Assembly (NCBI GenBank): GCA_951406725.2
Contig: OX597815.1
Coordinates: 152,768,001-152,832,000 of the forward strand
Origin: Octopus vulgaris
Lineage: Eukaryota
Reading direction: 5' to 3'
DNA length: 64,000 nucleotides
Positions within the stretch are counted from its first letter, which is position 1; each line of letters starts with the position of its first letter. A model generated the notes under the pieces. That model did not search any database, had not been told where the DNA came from, and saw nothing but the letters and a program-made list of their open reading frames with translations. The position numbers and the translations under genes are program-made. Of the stretch, positions 12,318 through 23,369 are shown piece after piece.

Positions 12318-13819
12318 CTTCAAATTTTCTCCATCTATTTTAGAAGTTTTATTCTTACTAGCAAGAACTGTAAGATGTTGAGATAATTAGAATTCAGAAC
12401 TTTGAGAGATATGAGGTAAATTTTAGTGTTGGAACTTGAAGTAGCACTATTAATAACAGTGTATAGAATATTGGGCTAAAAATTCCTATTTTATAGAAGC
12501 CCATATTTTCATATGTATGTGCCATTTTTTTTTTTTTTAATTTGGTTTTCAAGAAATATGTCTTAAACCCATGTGTTGAAATTGATATTGCGACACTTTA
12601 GAAGAGTGGTACTACCTGTAAACATCCTTACTGGTTGTGGTTCCCTTTAGTTTTAGCCCTGTAAGTCAGAAACTTTTCTTCGCCCATCTGTGAGCTTCTC
12701 AATAATTTCAAATTGGGGAATTTAAAATCTCTGCAAAGCTCACAAGAATCACAGAGATTGGCTAAAATGTTTCTTATAAATAATTAATTAGGCAACAAGC
12801 TGGCAGAATTATTAGCATGCTGGACAAAATGCCTGGCAGCATTTCCTCCATCTTTATGTTCTGAATTGAAATATCATTGAGGTTGACTTTGCCTTTCATC
12901 CTTTTGGTGGGGGAGGTGGGGTCAATGTAATTGGCTTACTCCTCTCCCCACCCACTCACTCATATTGCTGGCCTTGTGCCAGAATTTGAAACCAATATAA
13001 CCAGTGAATTTATTTATGAGTAGTAATAATAATATATTGCGCCTTAGGCAAGTGTCTTTTGCTACAGCCTTGGGCTAACCAAAACCTTGTGAGCAGATAT
13101 GGCAGACGGAAATGGGAAGAAGTTGATCACCTGTGTGTGTGTGTTAGTGTCTCTTTATCTCAGCATTGCGTGATAATTGTGAATGAGTATTATTGCCATA
13201 CAAGCTGTATCATTCATTTCTAATATTCCGTGGAAACATGTCTGGCATTGGGGAGATGTCACTTTGCTTTGAAACAGATGAGAGTTGGCAAAAGAAAGGA
13301 CATCCAGCTATAGAAAACCAGCATGAATAAACTCTGTCTGACACATACAAGCATGGAAAAGTGGATGTGAAGACAGTGACGATATCTAGGATCTACTTTT
13401 CCATGCTTTCATGGCTCCAATGGAATTTATTAATGTAGATTTCTTCTGGCCAGATGCCTGTCCTGTTGCCAAGCCTCACCTGTTTCCTAGCAAGATAATT
13501 CATCTCCTTGGCCAAATATACCAAATATGTTTTCTGCAAGAGTTTGGAAATTGCTTGTATGATGATGCTTGCTTATAATCATCATGTGATGTCAAGAAAA
13601 GGGTGCATACACACACACACACACACGTATTTGATGAGCTTCTTTCAGTTTCTATCTACTAAAGCCACTCAGAAGGCTTTGGTTGGCTTGTGGCTATAGG
13701 AGAAGACATTTTGCCTGAGGTACCACACATTGGAACTAATGCTGTTGAGGAGCAAGCTTTTCAACCACACTAATATACACACATCACTTGCACTTACATA
13801 TATTTCCCTCTAATTACAG

Positions 13820-13925
13820 GAGAGTTACAATGGTCCCGTTAATGATATTAATACAGAGTTATTTGTTGCTACTGAGAATGATGGCTCGGGTGGAACTCGA
13901 ATAGAAGATATTAGGAAAAAAACTG
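13820..13925 (+). CDS. ZC3H15: ZC3H15 exon (acidic tail)
   Basis: ttacag|...|gtcagt; ESYNGPVNDINTELFVATENDGSGGTRIEDIRKKT; phase 0 to 1, required to join the last exon. Confidence 0.82.
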
Positions 13926-14196
13926 GTCAGTATTATCAAGGATTACATTTAATTTATGTTCTGTTATTTCTGTTTTTGTCTTTTATTTTTCCTCTTCCAT
14001 TTATGTGTTGGTAGGCCATACATTTCTTTAGTAATATAAATATATGCACATGTGTGTGTGTATATGTATATGTTTTTGTTACCCATTTTGACCCTCTGCA
14101 AAATCCCAAATTTTATTTAATTTGATTTGAGAGAGCAACTTTTTTTATCGAAGGCGTATCTTGTCGTGGAATGCTTGTGATATGGATCAGAAAAAC

Positions 14197-14413
14197 AGCC
14201 AACAACTGATGAAGGGTCGTTCTTTATGTTGCGTGTCTTGTTTTCCATTTGTTTCCTTCGTTGTTCACAAAAAGAGTTCATATTCCATGTATTTGTATTT
14301 TGTATTCCATATTTTCGTATTTTTTGTTGTTTACATTCTGTGATGTCCTGTGCCCACATATGCATATGTATATATGTAAGTATGTATATATATGCACACA
14401 TAAATAGATATAG

Positions 14414-14449
<36 letters not shown>

Positions 14450-14647
14450 TTGGAAATGGATGCGTGGCATTCAATCAAATAATAATATAAATAATATATA
14501 TATGTATGCGTATTTGGGTACAGGACGTCACCAACAGTAAACAACATGAAATATGGAAACAAATGAGTTCAATAAGCAAACAATGAGAGAAACAAATGGG
14601 AAACAGGACAAGTAACACAAAGAACGACCCTTCATCAGTTGTCGGCT
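14197..14647. repeat. Imperfect inverted repeat, ~200-bp arms with a TA-rich spacer
   Basis: gccaacaactgatgaagggtcgttcttt mirrors aaagaacgacccttcatcagttgtcggc; inner parts gtcctgtgcccacatatgc and gcgtatttgggtacaggac also mirror. Confidence 0.75.
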
Positions 14648-17143
14648 CTCATTGATTTTTGTTTCTTGTTCAGCAATTCAACCCTGAAAATGAGTTTATC
14701 CTCAAACTTTATGAGGGAAGCACAGTTAGGTTTTACAATCTTGTCGAAGGGCAAAGTATAATACAGGCAGTGATATTTGAACCATTGACCATGCAGCCAG
14801 TAATGTCAGCTTGTTGATGTCATAGCTGGAGGCGTTGTCAGCAATATCATCATCAACATCATTGTCATCATCATCATCATCATCAACTCCTTGGACATGA
14901 CTGTCTCGGAGTCCTAGGACTCCTAGGGCCAGTTTCCATGACATAGAAGTGAGCATGATCACACCATTCCCCTGGATAAGATGCCAGTCCATTGCACAGT
15001 TACTCATTTGTGGCTGAGTGGGCTGGAGCTGTGTGAAATGAAGTGTAATCCTGGTCATTCATACACCACAGGAACCAGATAACCGTCCATGGTGAGTTCT
15101 GGGATTCTAGCTAGTAATATCTAGGACAGTAGCTCTCAACCTTTTCGCTACCTTTTATTTAAATGAGTTTTCTTATGAACCTCTTTTAATATACTTATCC
15201 TTATGTATACATCTATCATTGTTGTTGTTGTTTAATGTCTGCTTTCCATGTTGGCATGGGTTGGATGGTTTGAGGACTGGCAAGCCAGGAGGCTGCACCA
15301 GGCTCCAATCTGATCTGACAAGGTTTCTACAGCTGGTTGCCCTTTTTAATGCCAACCACTTTAAGTGCTACCAGCATGGGAGCCTGTTGGGCAGCACTGG
15401 CATCGACCACACTTAAATTATTTTTAAAATTTTGCCATAAAGGCATGATACAGAGTAACTTGTGGGCTAGATGAAGATATTGAAGAGAATGATGATAAGG
15501 ATGATATTAATGGGAGAAGACAAAAAACACCCGCCAATTTTCTGCTTCTTTAAACTTTAGCCTCTTCTTTTTTTCCACAGAGAAAGACAAAATGAGGTAA
15601 CGAACCTCTTACTTCAGTTTTACAAATTTTTGGACTAATAGTCCATTTAAGAATTGGGGCGTTAGGCCTCTTAAATATAACATACAATAAACATTAAACA
15701 TTGTAACACTGAGGCTTTTCAACCTCTTGTCATTATTCCTCCCCGTCATTGCTTGTGCCTGTATACTCCACCATTCCCCACACCTCATTCAAGACCAAGG
15801 CAGGATCCAAGCCAGCGTCACCCTGCCACAAGCGATATTCCTCATTGAATTCCTGCAGCCTACACCCCACAGACACCTTCATGACCTCCACAGCTATATG
15901 CGGAGGCCATTCGAGCCATCGACCACACTTAAATGGTGCTTTTTATATGCTAGTCAGGCAGCACTGGCATTGACCATGCTCGAATGGTGCTTTTTATGTG
16001 CCAGTTAGGCAGCACTAGTGTCAGCCATGCTTGAATGGTGCTTTTTACATGCCTCTGGCATGGGAGTCAGCCACACTCAAATGGTGCTTGAATTTAGTTC
16101 ACGGACCCCTAGTACTACCTTTGTGGACCTCAGGTTGGGAACCACTGGTCTAGGAGCTAATGCCGATGATGCTGGTATGTTCCAGGCTTTCGCTAATTGA
16201 CTTAAGGGAGCCAGACTTTTGCTTGATTCTTCCATTTTTTAGATTTAAAAAAAAAAAAAAGAATCTCTATTTTTCAAAGCTGTTTGCATATTTCTGTGAT
16301 ATGTAAAGCTATGTCTCTGTATATGAATTTGTGTATGTGTGAGGCACTGGCATTAACAATGCATTAATATTTATCAACATGTCATTGTCATTTTGACATA
16401 ACCTAGTTAAACTTGATACAATGTGTCATTGAACCTAACAACAAATAGTACTGATTGTTGTTTATCCTTGGGTGAGCACTGAGTGAGCATTTGAGCATTT
16501 ATGATCAGACATTCCAACTGTGACCATCCCATCTTTATTTTCCTCTGTTTTTATTCATATTTATACAGGCATAGGAGTGCTTGTGTGCTAAGTAGCTTGC
16601 TTAGCAACCACATAGTTCTGAGTTCAGTCCTACTGCATGGCACCTTGAGCAAGTGTCTTCTACTGTGGTCTCAGGCTGGTAGATGGAAAATGAAAGAAGC
16701 CTATCATACATACATACATACATATATGTATGTTTTTGTGTCTGTTTGTCCCCCCTTCCCATCGCTTGACAACCAATGTTGGTGTGTTATGTCTCCATAA
16801 CTTAGCGGTTTGGCAGAAGAGACTGATAGAATAAGTACTAGGCTTCAAGAGAATAAGTCCTGGGGTTGATTTGTTCGACTAAAGGCGGTGCTCCAGCATG
16901 GCTGCTGTCAAATGACCGAAACAAATAAAAGAATATGTATACAGCCTTCCATGCTGTTGTAGGTGGGATGGTTTGACAAGATCCAGCCAGGCAGAAGCCT
17001 GCACCAGACTTCTGTTACTGTTTTGGCAAGATTTTTACAGCCGAATGTCTTTTTTTTTTTTTTTATACAGTATTTTAATCAAAATTAATTGTCAGTGTTT
17101 TTTACTATGCTATTTTTACCTCTTTTTTTTATTGTTTTATTAG

Positions 17144-17289
17144 AAGAAAACAAGCTTTCTGAAGCAACTGCCCTTTCAGAAATCAATGGTGAGGAGGATG
17201 CAAATGTACAAATTGATGAAGACTTATTTGATGCTGAAGATCTTGACCAACTTGACGAAGACTTAGACACATTAGAAATTGAAGATTGA
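17144..17289 (+). CDS. ZC3H15: ZC3H15 terminal coding exon
   Basis: polypyrimidine tract and tag|; (E)ENKLSEATALSEINGEEDANVQIDEDLFDAEDLDQLDEDLDTLEIED*; IDEDLF...LDEDLDTL acidic C-terminus. Confidence 0.9.
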
Positions 17290-17742
17290 TGCAGAGATGT
17301 TATTTGATAACTGGTCCTCCCTTCTTCCACCCCCATCCCTGTCCCCCTGCCTCTTTTTCATTCTCTTTCTTCTCTTTCCCTCTCTCTCTCTCTAAACCCC
17401 TCTTGAACCTAGACTCATAAGACAAAATCTGAATGTTTGGTTCAAAATAAAGTGATAAATTGTATCCCAAGAGATATTGCCGTATAGTTTGGTATGGCAC
17501 CGTCTTATTGCTCTATCAACAGAAACCACCAAGACAAGATCCTGCAGTGTACAATATAATATGCAAAATTTTGGTAAATGTGTGTGAATGTGTGTGTGTA
17601 AGTTTTTATACGTGAATATCTTATGTGTATGCAAGTATGTATATGAATGCCTTGTGTATGTGTGTAACTCCTGAATATTGGTGTTGTGTGTAAGAAAAAC
17701 ACTAGATGGATTTCATTAAATCTATGAACTATATTTGCATTC

Positions 17743-17748
17743 AATAAA
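17743..17748 (+). terminator. Candidate polyadenylation signal of ZC3H15
   Basis: AATAAA ~450 nt after the stop, followed by T-rich downstream sequence; another AATAAA at 17446. Confidence 0.5.
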
Positions 17749-19188
17749 ATCATTTTCGACTTTTTTGCTTGTTTTAATTTTTAAAATTGTTTCATCTTTT
17801 TACTATATTCTTCCCCCTTCTCTTTTGATATTTATGGAATTAGTGAAGAAAATAAAGTTGTCCATACAGAAGTAAATTCATTTTTGTAACTGAAGTAAAC
17901 AAAAAACAAACAAACAGTATTAATTATATTGAATGCAAATCTAGTCATGTAGTTAATGACATTCATGTAGGTGTGTGTGTGGTTTTAAGATCCTCTTAAT
18001 GTTTTTCCAATGAAGAAGCTCGTTAAATTGGTGAAACTATAGTTAATGTTCTCAGAATTACTGACTTCTATGTGTGTACTTTGTCATCATCAACTAATTT
18101 AATTAATTTTTTTATGTATGCTGGCATGAGTTGAATAGTTTAACTGGAGATAATGAACCAGAGGACTGCACCGAGCTCCAATACCTTCTTTGGTGTGGTT
18201 TCTACAGCTTGATGCCCTTCATAATGTCACATTGTGTATTGGGTACTTTTTTTGTGTATCACTAGCACTAGTGAGGTCATCGAGTAACTCACAAGACAAG
18301 ATGCTTTAACTTAGTATTGAGGGGTCAGCTTGATGCTAGTTGATAAGAGGTTAAAGTATGATAGAGAGGAGGGGAACCACTGTTTTACAGAAGAGATACA
18401 TGGCTTTGCCAGTTGGAAAGTGAAATGATGATGATGATGTTCCTCAAAGGTGAATATCAGTGAGAAAATAGTGGTTGATAAGTGCAGGTGTGGCTGTGTG
18501 GTAAGAAGTTTGCTTTCCAACTACATAGTTGCAGGTTCAGTCCTACTCTATGGCACCTTGGGCAAAAGTCTTTTACTATAGAGTAAGACTAATCAAAGCC
18601 CTGTGAGTGGGTTTGGTAGATGGAAACTGAAAGAAGCCCATCATATGTGTTTGTGTCTGTTTTTCTCCCACTCCCACTGCTTGACAACCAGTCTTAGTGT
18701 GTTTGTCCTCATAACTTAACAGTTTGGTAAAGTACCAGGCTTTAAAAATAAAAATAAGTGCTGGGGTCAATTTGTTTGACTAAAATTCTTCAAGGCAGTG
18801 CCCCAGCATGGCCACAGAAAGAATGAGTGGGAGGGCAAGTGTGACGATTACTCAGAGCGAATATATTACCAACTCACTTGAAATAAAACCTGTGTGGGAA
18901 ATGCAGTGCTGTATTGTAGAAGGTAACTTCTCTACTGTTGAGGGTCTATGGTAAACATATCAGGCTTCTTTTATATTTAAATTGTATAGAAGGACAGGTT
19001 TTAAAATCTTGAAAGATAACTTAAGGGGATGGTGAAAACCTTGAATTTACTTCATCGGAGTGATAATCTGTAGTACATCCTTCTGTCGCCGTCTAAGATC
19101 ATGTCCCTGGTCTGAGGATAGCTGCCTCCCACTAGTTACAAAGGGTCTGATAGGAGTCTGGGGTGCTGCTCTTCTTTTGAATAAGCAA

Positions 19189-19570
19189 TTTATATATATA
19201 AAGCTGAAGTCTGTGTGTGGCAGGTTTGGCAGCCTTCAACTAACACTATCTCCTTCGAGACCCTGCGGTGCAAGTTGACCAAGATTGAGAGTATGATAGA
19301 ATAAGGCTTGTTCTTCATTCTGTAGAAGATAAAATTCAAATCGGACCATATTAAGACCAAAAATTATTTACATCAAAAGGTGCTTTTTTTCTATGAAAAT
19401 CCCTACTTTTTTACGATTTTTTGACTGTCACCATTTTTCGGTGTATTTCAATCATAAAAATGTTCACTTAAAGAGAATAACAAGCTACATAATGCAAAAT
19501 TTTTACTTATCAAAAATTCCATTTCTAAAGGGTCGAAACAAACCCAAGCAATGTCGGGTGATACTGCTAG
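19189..19570 (+). mobile_element. Non-autonomous Helitron-like element
   Basis: 5' (T)TTATATATATAAAGCTGAAGT; 3' imperfect hairpin acccaagcaatgtcgggt followed by CTAG|T. Confidence 0.6.
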
Positions 19571-20890
19571 TATATAAATAAAAGTACCAACTATATATAG
19601 ATGTTAAAATGATAATGTGCTTATAAAAAAAAAGTACACATTAAGTACAGGACATCACCAAGAGAAAAATATGTGTATGAAAGTAGATTTTAAAATGTCT
19701 ATAAATATGCTCAGGAATGCCTGTGTGGTTACATTTGCTTTACAATCCTGCAATTTCAGGTTCAATGCCACATCCAAGCATTTTAAGTATCTTCTATAAT
19801 TTTGGGCTGACTGATGCCTTGTGAAATGAGTTAACAAACTCAGCACATATCTGAATGTCATCTCTATCTTTCTTTTAAGACTTGAGAAAAAATTGTGACG
19901 TTTACATTTCCAGTTAAAGAATGTCTTAAGGCTCAGTAGCTTCATTGGTTTCAGCATGCAGAGTCTTAAAAATAACAATTGATGATGGGAAGGGCATTAG
20001 ACTAGGAAAACCTCTTTCAAAAAGTGTCATCAAACCGATGCTAGTTTGGGGAAATTGAACATAAAAACAATGGTGATGAGTTCATGTATTACCATCATTT
20101 AACACCTTTCCCTACTTGCCTGGGTCAGTCAAAATTTGTTGAGGTAGATTTTTAACAACCAGATGCCCTTCCTGTCTGCAGCCCTTACCTGTTTCCAATT
20201 AAGGTAATATTTTCCCCTATGGCCAGACATACTTTTCCATGGGAGACTGGAAACAAACAGCTTCACTTATATGATGATGTATAGACAAAGATATACCCAA
20301 ACACACACATCATCATCATCATCCTCGTTTAACTTCTTTTTTTCCATGCTGGCATGGGTTGGATGGTTTGACTGAAGTCTGGAATGTCAGTGGCTGCACC
20401 AGGCTCCATTCTGATCTGGCAATGTTTCAACAGCTGGATGCCCTTCCTTATGTCAATCACTCCAAGAATGTAGTGGGTGCTTTTTATGTCCCAATGGCAC
20501 GGGAGCCAGTCAGGCGGCACTGGCATTGTTCATGTTCGGATAGTGCATTTTACATGCCACTGGCACCCTTACTGGCATGGGTTGGATGGTTTAACAGGAA
20601 CTGATAAGCAAAAGGACTGCACCAGGTTCTGTTCTCTGCTTTGGTAAAGATTCTACAGCTAGATGCCCTTCCTAACACTAACTACTTCACATATATATAC
20701 ACAAGTATGTGTATATATGATGTGCTCCTTTCAGTTTTCATCTACTATATCCACTTCAGGCTTTAGTTGACCTGGTGCTGTAGGAGAAGATACTTGCCAA
20801 GGTGCAGTGCACTGGATCTGAACCCAAGACCACATAGCTGACAGGCAAATTTCTTAAAATTATTGGCTACCTGTATAAGTTAATCACTGT

Positions 20891-21328
20891 TTAATCCTTT
20901 AACATCAAACCACCTGGAACTACCTCTTGTTTTAAACTACAAAATTTCCTGCTTTAAGATGTTTGTGTTTAAATCATAATTTTATTTAAGAACTTTTCAT
21001 GAATTTCCTGCCACAAACTTAACCCTTAAGCATTTTAAACTGGTCATATCCAACCAAAATATTCTACTTGTTTTTTGTTAAAAGTGGACATATCTAACCT
21101 CTCATCTGTCTCAGAAGGCCATTCTAAAAATTAACAACCATCATCAACATTTCAAGGCTAAAAAATAATGCAAGACAATGAATGAATAAGAATTATGTTT
21201 GACAAAGAAATTTGAATGCTAATGGGTTAATGAAAGCATTTTCTATTTTACTAATTGTATCCAACAAAATTAAAACATTAGTTGAAAGGCAAGGTATTCT
21301 GTTAAAAATTTGATGATGAAAGAGTTAA
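20891..21328. mobile_element. Nested piggyBac-like MITEs (TTAA-CCC...GGG-TTAA)
   Basis: Inner element ttaacccttaagcatt...aatgctaatgggttaa (21018-21230) within outer ttaatcctttaacatc...gatgaaagagttaa; relatives at 29140-29363, 43057-43260 and 51308-51534. Confidence 0.6.
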
Positions 21329-21465
21329 ACCATGGTATTGTCACATTCAAGGAATGTGATTGCTTCTAGCTAGGTTGACAACTAAAACCTTTGATGGTGG
21401 TGCCATCACATGACCTCAGTTAAATGACTACATGTAAACAGTAAAAGAAATTTATATAAATCCTT

Positions 21466-21958
21466 GCAGAAGCAATGGCAAAAGACCGAGCCCTTTGGAG
21501 GTATGCTGTGACTGAGAAAACCCAGCAAATAAAGTGAGTCCTGTAACCTACACCAGTGTTGCATAACCAGCCCACTCAAAAGTACCTTGGATTATGGGGC
21601 AACATGCCATGTTTGAGGTGATCTATTGAGTCAAGTACAGCAATATCAAAATCAAATCAAATGGAAATTGTAGTTGTGACCCCTGTGCCGGTAGCACGTA
21701 AAAAGCACCATCCAAATGTGGCATTTAAAAAGAACCGTCTGATTGTGATCGATACCAGCTCCTCTGGCCCCTGTGCCGGTGGCACATAAAAAGGGCCTAC
21801 TACACTCTCAGAGTGGTTGGTGTTAGGAAGGGCATCCAGCTGTAGAAATACTGCCAGATCAGATTGGGGCTTGGTGCAGCCTCCTGGCTTCCCAGACCCC
21901 AGTCAAACCGTCCAACCCATGCCAGCATGGAAAACGGACGTTAAACGATGATGATGAT
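21466..21958 (+). mobile_element. RTE LINE 3' end
   Basis: ORF end KDRALWRYAVTEKTQQIK*, then the UTR repeats and (GAT)n tail. Confidence 0.75.
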
Positions 21959-22577
21959 AAAGATATAGACTATTCATCTATCGGTTAATATTAGGTTTGA
22001 ATTTTGGCACAAGGCCAGAAATTTGGGGGTTGGGGGCAGGTTGATTACATCAACTCCAGTATTCAACTGGTACTTATTTTATTGACTTCAAAGAGATGAA
22101 AGCAAAGTGGATCTCAGCTGAATTTGAATTCAGAACATACAAATGAACAAAATACTGATTAGCATTTTGCCCTCTGTGCAAATGATTCAGCCAGCTTGTC
22201 ACTTTATTTGGTAATATTTCAAATTTTGGGGGAGGGGATGAGTCAAATACATCAACCCCAGTACTCAACTGGTACTTATTTTATCAACCCAGAAAGGATG
22301 AAAGCTAAGTCAACCCTGGCAGAATTTGAACTCAGAACGTGAAGAACTAAACGTCGCTAAGCATTTTGCCTGGTGTGTTAATGGTTCTGCCAGCTCACCG
22401 CCTTTATTTGATAATATAACATTGATTTTACACAAGTTATTCCTTAACAAATATAAGACATAGTGTTCGGACTGACAAACAAATAAAGACCTGAACACTA
22501 AAAGATGTTGTGCTCCTTCATAACAGTTAACTTAGGCTTTTGAAAGAAATCAATATTATTATTATTATTATTATTAT

Positions 22578-22893
22578 TACCTCCACCTTAGTGAAGGCAG
22601 AGGTGTTGTTTTCAGTTGTGTTTGTCCATGAATATCTCAAGAACCACTGGATGGATTCGGGTGAAACTTTCAGGGATGTTTGGCCTCATGACATTAGATT
22701 TTAGGATTGACCCTGTACCAGACAAGGATAATTATTTATCCTGTTTTTTTTTTACTTAACTTTTGAGAGCAGTCAGGTTCATTTTTAGTATTCCCGTTTG
22801 TGAGAGCAGTCGAGTTTAATTCAGATATTCTCATTTTAAAAATCATCAGCTAATCGTTGAGAGGACGTTGGTGTTGCCTTGGCGGAGGTTTGT
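22578..22893 (+). mobile_element. Helentron/DINE-like non-autonomous element
   Basis: Sub-terminal IR acctccacc/ggcagaggt, core atatctcaagaaccactggatggatt...gaaactt, 3' ggcggaggttt; inserted in a TAT tract. Confidence 0.55.
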
Positions 22894-23369
22894 GATTGTA
22901 TTATTATATGAGAAGGCAGTAAGCTGGCAGAATATTCAGAACATTGAACAAAATGCCTATCAGTATTCCTAACTCACTATGTTCCGAGTTCAAATTTCAC
23001 CAAGGTTGACTTTGCATTTCATCCTTTCAGGGTTGATTAAATAAAGTAACAGTTGAGCACTGATTTCTCTATAATCAACAAATTCTCTACCTAAAATTGC
23101 TGGCCTTGTGCCAAAATTTGAAATCATCATTATTATTATTAAAGACATTGGATTACAGTATTGGTTGAGCATCTGCCAAAATACCATACATTATTTGTTT
23201 TGGCTCTTTATATTCTGAGTTCAAATCCTGCTAAGGTCCACTTTGCCTTTCATTCCTCTGGATTCTATAAAATAAGTTTGGGGGTCAGGATTAAACCCCT
23301 CCACTCAAAATTATGGTCTTTTATTTTTTTATAAATCAGAAACCATAATAATGGTTAAAGTAATACTTT

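Noticed and set aside
14206-14212. CTGATGA as a hammerhead core
   Set aside because: No suitably placed downstream GAAA or stem III found
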